From assembly GCA_051362555.1 (NCBI GenBank), contig JBPQGU010000015.1, positions 1 to 50,000 of the forward strand: a stretch of DNA of 50,000 bases, written 5' to 3'. Origin of the DNA: Lingula anatina (taxonomy: Eukaryota > Animalia > Brachiopoda). The notes below the pieces were generated by a model. That model saw only the letters and a list, made by a program, of their open reading frames with translations, made no database searches and was not told the DNA's origin. Position numbers and translations under genes: made by a program. Shown here one piece after another: positions 1 through 9,970 of this stretch (positions within the stretch are counted from its first letter, which is position 1; every line of letters starts with the position of its first letter).

Positions 1-321
1 AAATTTTTGATTAAATTGATAGCTGGAGTACCAGTTTTTGAGTGATGTGATACTACTACTAGCACTGGTACAAGAAGCACACCAGCTCCCCCTATTTACA
101 TTTTAATTACCCCCAAATCACACAATCAGACAATTATTGTTTATTGGACACTTGTTCTTTGTGGTACAAGTTTTGGTACCTCATGTGGATATGCCTTAGA
201 AAAGAGACATCAACATGATACAAAGTATGTGTGACGTGAAAAATATGAGAAATTAACATCCATGTCACATAATTTCCATTTAAGATAAAATAGAAGGTTG
301 AAACATTCATCAAACACTCAC

Positions 322-358
322 CAGAGTGGACATCTTTCACTGCAAGCAGAACAAACCC
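322..358 (-). CDS. 37-nt micro-exon continuing the TPR repeat (GFVLLAVKDVHS)
   Basis: Acceptor tttcag and donor G|GTGAGT. It joins in phase 0 to give NRARCHLSQ-GFVLLAVKDVHS, matching the TPR helix-B pattern G....A..D. Further exons were not resolved and the gene probably continues beyond the left edge. Confidence 0.7.
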
Positions 359-361
359 CTG

Positions 362-362
362 A

Positions 363-416
<54 letters not shown>
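362..416. repeat. (AAT)n microsatellite abutting the micro-exon acceptor
   Basis: About 17 AAT units seen directly. Confidence 0.95.
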
Positions 417-417
<1 letters not shown>

Positions 418-919
418 GATTAAAGAAGCATTCTTAAATGTATCAGACTGCCTTTGTAGATAAGATAAGTAATATATCCAGTTAACACTTTGACACTGCC
501 CTGTTTTAACAAAGTAACATTTGTCTCGACATAGTTATCAACAGATAAAGACTGTACTTTGACCCTATTAACTGAAATATAAGTAGGCATGATGGATCTA
601 AGCTGATATGAATGAATAATGAAAGTAAAAAATATATATATTAAAGACAAAATAAGCTCAAAAAAATAAATGCTCCAATTGGCTAAAAAAAAAACAAACA
701 AATGAATCACAAAAAATTACATAACTGATTTAATTTTTAAGGTGTTGGTTGTATTTAACCCTTCCCTTCTGTGGGTTCAAATTTAGAAACTTGTTTGCAA
801 ACTTTTTACCTTCACATGAACATTATCAAAGTCTAAATAAAACTTACAGTTTGCATAAATTACTAAGTCTGGATAAATTTTAGAAGGTAAAAAGAATGCA
901 TTGGTAAGAATATAGTTAC

Positions 920-1117
920 CTGGGAAAGATGACACCTTGCTCTGTTACAAAAAAGTCTACAAGCCAAGCTTGGGTCTCCTAAAGGGGGCACGCAATAAAT
1001 CAATTTGTTAAAAACATCAGTTGCCTCCTGCCAACATCCTTTTTCCATATATTTCTCTCCTTTCAGAATGGATTCCCTCAAACCTGTGCCCTGTTGTTGC
1101 TGTGCTCTACTAGCCTC
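920..1117 (-). CDS. Internal exon encoding a TPR-like helical repeat
   Basis: Acceptor T9-CAG (1118-1129) and donor CAG|GTAACT bound 198 nt, exactly 66 codons, phase 0/0. The peptide KGEKYMEKGCWQEATDVFNKLI...LFCNRARCHLSQ fits the TPR pattern (G..A...F; NRA.C.L). Confidence 0.8.
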
Positions 1118-1368
1118 CTGAAAAAAAAACTGCAAGATGAAACTCAAACAAATTTATAATTTTAACTCTTTTACATTTCATCAAGCATTAAAACCAAATA
1201 TTATATGCTTAACAGAACTTATTAATACTAATAACAGTAATGACTGTATAAATAATTACATAGTATTAGTAAATTTGTAAAAAAACAATCAGATATATAC
1301 CCAAATATAAAAGACATCAATGCTAAAAATGTCATAAAAACCTTCATATGATCGTCACTCTGACTTAC

Positions 1369-1617
1369 TGTTTTCCTAGGTTGTTTTCCGTCACTGTGTT
1401 CAGGCTGATACATAGGAGGTCCTGGGTTCATCTCAACATCTCCAGACAAAAAGAGCAGCAGGGATATCATCATCATTATCACCAGCAGAATACACCCCCC
1501 TAACTCATCACTTATTGCTTTCTGAAGATTTGGCAGAGTTCCAGATGGAGCTGCCCGAATTTTGCGATGTGCAAAGCATCCTATTCTAAGCCTCCATGCA
1601 TCTAGTGATATTCCCAT
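1369..1617 (-). CDS. First coding exon of a TPR-repeat protein gene, encoding a 66-aa leader ending in a 2A-like StopGo motif (GDVEMNPG|P) plus the start of the downstream product
   Basis: Acceptor ttacag precedes the exon start at 1646, and the ATG at 1617 has an in-frame TAG just upstream. Translation is MGISLDAWRLRIGCF...CILLVIMMMISLLLFLSGDVEMNPGPPMYQ...RKT. A consensus phase-0 donor ACA|GTAAGT follows 1369, with an alternative phase-0 donor AAG|GTTTTT after 1342. Confidence 0.8.
1417..1440 (-). other. 2A-like (StopGo) ribosome-skipping motif DVEMNPG|P
   Basis: Exact match to D(V/I)ExNPG|P, preceded by LLFLSG, similar to FMDV 2A LLKLAGDVESNPGP. The predicted skip lies between nt 1420 and 1419. 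Confidence 0.85.
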
Positions 1618-1970
1618 AGTGCTCTATATATTGTTTAGTTCAGCACCTGTAACATTAAATATTAAATTGGGAATCGATCACAGAGTCACAGTGGTGTTTT
1701 TTGACACAAACACAAATACCCTTGTAAATGAATTAAGTGTTTCAAATTGACATTAATACAGTACAACGTATATACCTTTTCAAATCATCAAAATTCTATC
1801 AGATTTTTTTCTGTTTTTTTTTAAAGAACATTGTCTGTACGTGGGACTTTTTTCATAATGGGCGTGAGCTTCCGTTTAATTTTTTATTTCCCGTCTAAAA
1901 CGATCAATGTGCTCTATTGTTTAACCTGCAATTTAGTTTCGTTTTGCTAAACAGTCAAAATCTCTCTTAC

Positions 1971-2095
1971 CTGGTGAATCTTTTTAAATAAAAATTGGTC
2001 CTTGGTGGTTGGTAGGACAGCTAGACAGCGGCATTAAATGAAGCGTAGACGTAACAAATCGTAACAGCCCTATCGTCTGGTTGACAAAACGAAAG
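1971..2095 (-). other. Putative 5' non-coding first exon of the 2A-TPR gene, containing a 16-codon uORF (2034-1984)
   Basis: Strong donor CAG|GTAAGA at 1971/1970, adjacent to the promoter motifs. The TSS position is approximate. Confidence 0.55.
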
Positions 2096-2099
2096 TTGG

Positions 2100-2310
2100 A
2101 AAAACCTATGACGTCATACCGGAAGCTAGTGCTGGTGCTCGGCGAATGTGCACGGATAACTTAAGAAAGAGAACCAAAGCTAATATATACCACTATTAAA
2201 ATATTTATGTTAAGATTCAGTCCTGAAATTTTGAAATTTAAACATATAATAACTTTGGCAAAGTACTTGAATGGTACTTTCTCCTCTTTGCCGTTAGGGG
2301 GCAGTGTCTT
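2100..2310. promoter_or_regulatory. Putative bidirectional promoter with a full CRE, an adjacent ETS site and a CTCF-like site
   Basis: TATGACGTCATA 12-bp palindrome (2107-2118), ACCGGAAG (2118-2125) and CCGTTAGGGGGCAG (2291-2304). Outward-facing splice donors lie at 1970 (-) and 2408 (+), and CpG is locally enriched. Confidence 0.6.
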
Positions 2311-2407
2311 CGGCAACTCTCGCCAAGAACTCTGGGAAATCTCGTTGCCTCCTCGGACATGTTGTGATTTGTCAATCAGCTGAGTAAAATGAGGGTCATG
2401 TTTACAG
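2310..2407 (+). other. Putative non-coding first exon of the plus-strand gene
   Basis: Donor CAG|GTAAAG at 2407/2408 and a candidate acceptor ttgcag at 4031 upstream of the ATG at 4103. The start is approximate. Confidence 0.4.
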
Positions 2408-3131
2408 GTAAAGTCGCAATTTATGGACTATATACACCTCTGTGGTTGTAACCTAGCAGAATGACATCAACTGCGTTTAGTACTGAAAAACTCTAAATTT
2501 AATCGGATTATTGATGAGATGTAGGATGTTTCATGTATTTATTTTTCATCGGCATTCGCTTACCCGTTTCCATAATATTTGTGGTTCTCAATGTTTACAT
2601 TTTTGTTCGCCTGCCTTTCCTATTAATAGTGAGTGGGAGGCTGTTGTCCATAGGATTTATAAGGACAGTTTTGTAGTAAATGATTTATATGTGTGAGAGA
2701 TCAGTGAAATGTTAATCCCCTTTCAAATAACCGGTATTTTAGATGAGGTAGTAAAAAATATTTAGATTCACTCGTACATGTATGTAGATGAGGCAGGCGC
2801 CAGAGATTTTTATAAATTCTGACACGCACAGTTTTCAAGTGTAAGAAACCTTAATAAACCCTTGTTGGACTATTTTCATATCATGTTAGGTACATGTGAT
2901 ATGTGCATAGACATGGTCTTGAGAATTGAGTTCGAGTCTTTTCAGGCAAAGTGCTACAATTAGTGTACTAACATCCTTTCTGCTAATTGGTGGATACAGT
3001 CGCCGCCTTTTTCTTCTAAATTTGGTTGGTATGGGTCTTTAGTGATTATCCAGTTGTGTTTAAATGCATTTATTCCTGGCACTGATAAGATTGACTTTGG
3101 GAGACTGGCCCACATATACAGCCTTTTGATG

Positions 3132-3256
3132 CACAGTCTGCGACGTTGACCACTGGCCCGACTGCCAATGCCAGTAAAAATTGGACCAGGCCAGTGACAT
3201 TTCTGAAAAATGGTCAGTTACTGGCCTGCCTGGGCCAGTGGATTTTTTCAGCTGTG
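3132..3256. mobile_element. Possible small intronic MITE-like repeat
   Basis: GC-richer island with imperfect inverted termini CACAGTCTG...CAGCTGTG and several internal CTGGCC/GGCCAG motifs. No clear TSD. Confidence 0.35.
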
Positions 3257-4102
3257 ATATGCACTCCAATTCCTTTTATAAATGCTCATAGTAGATGTTG
3301 AAGTCGTTTTTCTTTAATAACCAGTTGAACATCCCATGTTTTATTTTTATTTCTAAAAGGAAGCCTGTTTAATCTCAAGGTGTTAATTTCAGTTTTTTGT
3401 TTTTTTTTAATTAAATTTAATTTAATTAGACCTGGGCCAATGAATTTGATAAGTACTTGTAAGTTTATCACCTGAGTGTGTTATACATGTATTTAATTGG
3501 CACATTTGGGATGAAGACATCCAATTTGTTGTTATTCCATGCACATATTATTTTGATTAAGTTATACATAGTGTGTGTAAAAAGATAAAATGTCTGAGAT
3601 ATCAATCTATTCAATCAGGGATAATATTTTTCTGACTATTGGCCAATTTCTGACTTCTTGGGAGCCAATAATATAATTAGACAAGGTTTCTGTCTTGATA
3701 TCATGCCATATTTTCCAACTTTTTTGCTAAATGGCAGTCTCGCTATTCCTGTTCAATGTACTGTATTTTTATCTTAGGGAGTTCAACCCCCTTGATAATG
3801 GCTGATCTCACTGAGAAGTCATACTACCTAGTACCAAGTGTTAAGCTTGGGTTTATGCTGTTTTTTCATATAACCAGTAACTTGAATTGTGATTACTCTT
3901 CATTGGAGTTGTGAAACTAAATGGATATCAATTCATGATGGGAGTTCCTGACATATTCTTAAGTTTCCAGCTAACATCTAAATATTTGCATAATAAGAAT
4001 TCTATAAACAGTATTAATATTTATATTGCAGGTAACAGGGAATGAAATAAACGATGGCACTGACAATGACATCAACAGTAAGGTGACACATTTGGCATCA
4101 AA

Positions 4103-5092
4103 ATGACCGCCATCACAGCCAACATTGCATCCCAGAAAAGTTGTTATTGTTGCCAAACTTCACCATCATTAAGAGCACTGTCTTCATCATCTTCATCCTC
4201 ATCAACAAGGGATCCCAATAGAAACATGGACGTTGACGCTGCATTACATGAGTTAGGCATGCTCAGTTCAGTCACAGACGGGCGCAGGCAGTTTCTTCGT
4301 GAGCGCTCACGCACTCGGAGCGAGCAAGGCACCAGTTTCACAGTGGGCGGAGGCAGTTTGTGTGGCACGGGGGACACAGATATTGAAAATAACTACAGTC
4401 CTGGAAAGACTCCTTTCCAGATCATTTCTATGAATCCCAGCTATGTCACATCTTTTACCAATACCCCTACTCCTCTTCCAGAGACTGCTAGTGTTAACGT
4501 GATATCCACTCGTGGCTACCTTAACATGCAAACTGCTGAAATAGCGGATAATATGAATAACTTAAGTCTGGGGTCCAATTATCACCGTCAGCGCAGCCCT
4601 AGGGATGAGCATCATAACACTCGACTCATGAGACTTAAAATGGCGCGTTTGCGGCGCTGGAGGAAACCTTACGAAGTGCCATGGAGGTCGTCACTGGAGT
4701 TTGGAGGTTTGTCTAGTGGCTTTAGCCGAGGCAGTGGCTTAACATGTAGTCCGTCTAGTTCATGTAGCAGTACAACTGGTACAAACTCTAATGGAAACTG
4801 CCAGACGCCAACGAGAGAAGGACCGTCTTGTGGCAGTGATGGGGATGTTGATAAAGACGGGAAGCCAGGGATGAAGAGATGCGCCTCTAATTCAAACACC
4901 CCAGAGAAACTGAAGCAGGCGATCAGTCACCTTCCAACAGGGTTGACCTTTCATAGGTCACGTTCCATGGATGACTTGGACATTAAAAAATTTCCATCGG
5001 CTCAAGCGGAGAATTTAAACTACATGCTAGAAAAACGAGAGATTGATAGTATGTCACAGCATTTGAGTGACTTGAAGGTTGATGCTGAATAG
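4103..5092 (+). CDS. Uncharacterised Ser/Thr-rich, probably disordered protein, 329 aa, single coding exon
   Basis: Uninterrupted 990-nt ORF with clearly higher GC than its flanks, an acceptor about 70 nt upstream and an AT-rich 3' UTR-like region downstream. Short motifs include RERSRTRSE, LKMARLRRWRKPY and RSRSMDDL. I do not recognise the family. Confidence 0.8.
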   Translation: MTAITANIASQKSCYCCQTSPSLRALSSSSSSSSTRDPNRNMDVDAALHELGMLSSVTDGRRQFLRERSRTRSEQGTSFTVGGGSLCGTGDTDIENNYSPGKTPFQIISMNPSYVTSFTNTPTPLPETASVNVISTRGYLNMQTAEIADNMNNLSLGSNYHRQRSPRDEHHNTRLMRLKMARLRRWRKPYEVPWRSSLEFGGLSSGFSRGSGLTCSPSSSCSSTTGTNSNGNCQTPTREGPSCGSDGDVDKDGKPGMKRCASNSNTPEKLKQAISHLPTGLTFHRSRSMDDLDIKKFPSAQAENLNYMLEKREIDSMSQHLSDLKVDAE

Positions 5093-5796
5093 CACTTTGT
5101 TATTGCACTGGAGTTATTTTGAAGCTTTGTTAGGGGTTCAGTTTAGAAGACAAAAAGGAATTAAATTTTCTATGATTTTGCCATGAATATCACAATTAGT
5201 CTACTACTGAAAACTCTGATTTATCCCACTGTCGGGCAAGATTTAACAGAATGGCTTCACTGGCATTTCTGTTTAACTGTTGCACTACTAACTTGCATAA
5301 AGTTTGTAACTGAAAAATCAGAAATAATTTTGTCTTTAGGAACTTAACAAGCAAGCACTTATTTTTCAATTAGAAGAAGAATTGAAGCCTTATAAAGCAA
5401 AAGAAAAACCTTGATTCTTTTTAATTGCAGCCTTTTATATCTTCAGTTAAACTTTATTACAGTATAAAGTCAGTGGCTTTAGTTTATCATATGGTGACAT
5501 GTATATCAAAAACTTTTACCAAATCTTTATGAATTATACCGTTATCTTGGATATTATATTCAAATTATACACTTAATAGTCATCACATAAATTTAATCCT
5601 TATTAATATGGAGCTGCAGATCATGATCTTTATATAAATACTTCGGGTATATTTTCTGACCTGCATTTATAGTGGATTTTTGGAAATTATTTGAAATAAA
5701 GGTGTGAAACATTTCTCTAACAAACCTATGGCCTCGGAGTTTCTGAAAATACAGAAGTAGAGATGTAATGTGACTGTGGTGATATATGCATTATTT

Positions 5797-5798
<2 letters not shown>

Positions 5799-5846
<48 letters not shown>
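5799..5846. repeat. Poly-T tract of about 48 nt
   Basis: Seen directly. Confidence 0.95.
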
Positions 5847-5847
<1 letters not shown>

Positions 5848-6769
5848 TGAAATGCGAGTGCTTTCTCTCTGTTTGTATGTATGGCAAGTAATGCACTGCC
5901 ACCCTCAGCCTCATGATTAATGCCTTGAACAACTTTCATTAGTGGCCTATGTACTTGGGTATATATCGCTCAGAATTAAGAATTTTTAAATGAAATAATA
6001 CTTGCTCTTAAAAGATCTTTCAAATCAAGTTTTTGAACAAAAGTCATTAACTTAAAAATTTGTAAAACATGACTCCTTGGATGAGAGGATGTGTGATTAG
6101 TGTCCTTAATGCTTACTCCAAATAACAAAAAACCTAGTATTATGCAAACATCCTAAAGCTCAACTTGCAAGACCTGTGTCAGTTTCTTTTGAATTCCCCT
6201 ACCCCTTCCTCTGTCTCTTTTCTGTTTTGATTTTTTATGTACAGACACATCTTGTCTGTACATATGACCAACCTGCGTCTGTTGTCGCTGTCGTTGTTGC
6301 CAAACTTAAAGATACAGGACAAGATCTAAAATCAGCATGATCAGATTATTTTTTCAAAGGTAATACAGTTTTTTCACTTTTTTTCAGCATAAATGAAATT
6401 AAGATAACATATGTAAAGGAAAAACAGTCAGCATACTGGTTCAAACTTACAGGTTTGTTCAATATTCATAAAGTACAGGTGAAGTTTGAATATCAACATA
6501 ATCAAACCATTTTTCTTGAAGTTATGCCATTTTTTTGTTTGTTTTTTGTTTTTTTTTTTCATCATGATATATTATACTTTCTGCAATACAGAACACATTT
6601 CATAGAAACTCATTTGACCTCTTGTTTTCAAACTTACAGGCCTGATGAATATGACTTATGTGGAATACAAAAACTAGGTTGATCTGAATATTTACCTTCA
6701 AGTTATTAGTTTTCTTTTTCAAAATATTCATTTTTCACATATTGGTATTTTCATTATGAGACTTGGAAC

Positions 6770-7040
6770 TCCCCCTCCCCCTCCTAAGCCCCTGGGGAGC
6801 TTTTTGAAATACTACCAAGATAAAATTTGGGTCTTTAATAATGTCTGGTAGGTGTATTTGGTCATTTTTTGTCATCCAGGGGTGCCGTAACGTGTTTTTT
6901 TTTTTTTTTTTTTTTTTACATTTTGGTAAACTGAAAAAAAAATCCACACACTCTCAAGCCCTTGAGGGGCCTTTTGAAGTACTAAAAAGATTCAATTTGG
7001 GGATGTAATGATGAGATGTTGGTGTGTTTAGACATTTATT
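6770..7040 (+). repeat. Degenerate two-copy repeat (about 170-bp period) related to the 362-bp satellite
   Basis: AAGCCC..GG..C.TTTTGAA.TACTA..AAGAT..AATTTGGG occurs at 6786 and 6956. GGTAGGTGTATTTGGTCATTT (6847-6867) matches the satellite at 20/21 nt. Confidence 0.6.
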
Positions 7041-9155
7041 TTGAATGGACCATTTCCTTCTTGGCACCGATACTCCCCGACACCTATACTACAAACCCCC
7101 CCCCCCCCCCCCTCCTCCATCGATACTCTCCTGCATCTTTACGTCCCTGCACTGATACTCCCGCACAGCCTTTGCAGTTGGTTAAAATTGCTATTAACAA
7201 AACACAATTATTGATTTAAAACCCTTTTTTTTTTAAAGAGCGCCACCCTCTTGGGAGCCAAAAATGACAATTTTTTTATTCAAAATATTGTTAAAAAATA
7301 AGGAAATCACTAAAATTGGTCTGCTTAGTAACAAAGAACATAGTCTGTCTAACATGTCAGACTTTGTACAGTATGCAGCTCGGCTTTGTGATTATTGAGA
7401 AATATCTGTAAACTTCACTTCGTTCTTCAACAGTGGTTACTGTTTACATATTGCACGACTTCTTATTTATTTATTTATTTTACTTAAGTTGTGTTTTTAA
7501 CAGAAGATGACAAACGCGCCATCGCCTTTTCTTCAAGCACCACTCAATTCGTCAATTATTGAAAACATAAAAATACATATATAGTATTTAAGCGAAAAAT
7601 TGTCGCGTCTGTCTTCCTGGAAATGTGAGATTCTTAACGCTGTCCAAGGGCGATTTTAGGAACTACTTAACAAGTAAAATTACTGGTTTTCTTGAAGATT
7701 CTATTTGTAATAAAAAAATCTAAGCGGAGAAGAATTGCACCTTAAATGTAACATCATAAATCCGTGTATTTCCAGCATGCAGCGAGATCTTTATTAAGAA
7801 ACCAATAACGAACAGTACTCGGGGGCGGATCCGCAATTTCCTATAGGGGGGTATTTTTATCATTATTATTATTTATTTAATAATTTTTAAAAATCCAATA
7901 CGTGTTCAATTTTAACATTAAATAAATTATCTTAATTAATATTCATTGATAAAAAAAATAACGTAAGACTTATGTCTCAAACTCGATTGTCAGACTACAT
8001 CTCAGATGATCTCACGAAACATAATCGGGTATGGCAGTGTAGATATGGGGGGGGGGGGGGGGAGTTAGAGACACTTTCAAGATTTCAAGACAGTCGAAGG
8101 GAAAAATCGAAAGTAGCATCACATGGCCCATTTATCAGTAAAGAATTCCTGTTTAAATTTAAAAAAAAACTCTGCATACTTCAAGATGGATGTTTAAGAT
8201 TGTTATATATTGTTAAATAAAAAAACTCTGCATACTTATTACCGTTAACATCCACACGTAGGCAACCAGTGATTGGGACTCTTGCGCTACTCGCGCTTTA
8301 CCAGTCTTGGAAACGTATATTTCGATCGTTATATGCCAAAAATGAATGCATGTGCAGGTTATAAATATGATCCATGTGAACTTTATCAAACACTTTTACC
8401 TGGCTACCAATTTCATGTTAAAAAAATGAAAGTAAGCCTAACGATATATTTCAAAAACCTGTGAATTGTAAACTAATTTGGGTTGTTCCATGCGGTCGCT
8501 CAAACATCCAAAGTACTGAATTCAATCATCATAACTAACAAAACTTTACTCTGACATATATATCTAGTTATCAGACGATAAATCCATATTTCTACTTTTT
8601 TATCATCAAAAAACCGATAAACACAGTGGCGGAATTAGGAAAGGTGTCGGGGGGAGGGGGTCCTGACCCCCAAGCGATTTCCGAAATAAAATCACACGAA
8701 TGCTTCCCTACTGAATTTAGAATTTTGACCAGCTGAATCGTAGTTTTAAACCTTACCAAATGGCACCGTTCGATCTCTAAAAACATTTTCTGGGGGGCCC
8801 CGAACCCCACGCCAAAGTGGGAGGGGGCGAGGGTCGGCTTTGCATCAGCGGCCTGTCATTTCTAATAACCGGACTGGCGCGGGGGGGGGGGGGGGGGGTA
8901 TCGACCGAACCCCCCCAACCCCACCCCTGCGCCAGTAGAGGGCGTGATTGGTGTAGAGGAGTGCTCGTGTTATACGGGCCATTGACACGGTACTGTTAAC
9001 ACGCTTATGATTACGACTCCGTAGACGACATGGATGAGGAGTCCTGTGGAGGCAAACGTTTTACCTTGGCTGATGTAATGAAAATATTGGAAAGTCAAAA
9101 GAAAGAGCCGAAAAACTATTTCGACCATAGACTGTCTACATTTAATGCCGAAGCC

Positions 9156-9358
9156 AATGATTGTAATAATTGAAAGTCGACAAAAATTTATCTTGGAAAA
9201 GAGAAGGTAATCACCAGTAGTTTGACTCGACTGTATAAGATTATTGTGGCCAACAAATGATTGTAATAATTGAAAGTCGATAAAAATTTATCTTGGAAAA
9301 GAGAAGGTAATCACCAGTAGTTTGACTCGACTGTATAAGATTATTGTGGCCAACAAAT
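9156..9358. repeat. 99-bp tandem duplication (2 copies) inside the DIRS gag region
   Basis: AATGATTGTAATAATTGAAAGTCGA...TTATTGTGGCCAACAAAT is repeated almost identically. Confidence 0.9.
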
Positions 9359-9793
9359 TGACACTGCGTTACAGTCTTGGAAAGAGAAACAATCTTATCA
9401 GAATTGCTGACACTTAAGTTGCCGGCTGGCAAACTGTTAAGGAATATACTGTAAATCATCTCGCTAGTGATTCTGAGTACGACAAGAGGCTGTTTATAGC
9501 TAAGGCCAGAGCTACAGAAAAATCAAGTTATATCTGCAGGCCGAGCAATGGCATGTCAGCGGCGATGGGTGTGGTCAGCGATACTTCTCAGCGGAGTTGT
9601 ATTTTTCGCAGCAGCTGGTCGGGACTTTGCTTCGCTTATGGAGAAAAGGGGTCATTTCAGGCATGAGTGCCCAACTTACAGAGGGGAAAGTTCTTCCACC
9701 AGAGTCCAACCCCAGAGATAAGGGAATATCTGGTATGGGGAAGAAGGCGGACGTATTGATAAAAGGTAAGTGCGTTAGTTTCAATCAATGCAT

Positions 9794-9970
9794 CAGGCCC
9801 GTGTCCGGCAATTTAAAAAAGGGGGCTCTTTTTCTGAAAAACTTCACGTTTTACCATGGAACCTTCATGTACCGAGATAAAATTGTACCCAGAGGGAACC
9901 TTTTCCCGGCAAAACGGGAGGGGGGGGGGATTCTTTCGAACCCCCCGAACTCCCCCTGGCTACGGGCCTG
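9794..9970. mobile_element. Non-autonomous hAT-like MITE
   Basis: Perfect TIRs CAGGCCCGT/ACGGGCCTG with a subterminal GAACCCCCC motif. The flanks caatgcat/agttgcat are a possible decayed 8-bp TSD. Confidence 0.65.

Noticed and set aside
1-200. Further exons of the 2A-TPR gene
   Set aside because: The candidate acceptor near 196 gives an early stop in the required phase, and the one near 92 gives no TPR-like peptide, so neither is supportable.
5667-5939. Poly-Lys ORFs
   Set aside because: They are translations of the poly-T tract.
7233-7745. Kolobok-like element bounded by TTAA
   Set aside because: Terminal inverted repeats match too weakly to call.
7820-8930. GGGGCGGATCC/CAGTGGCGGA-type hAT MITE ends with poly-G tracts (a similar end lies at about 15047)
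   Set aside because: These are probably fragments of common MITE families, but paired termini and TSDs could not be established.
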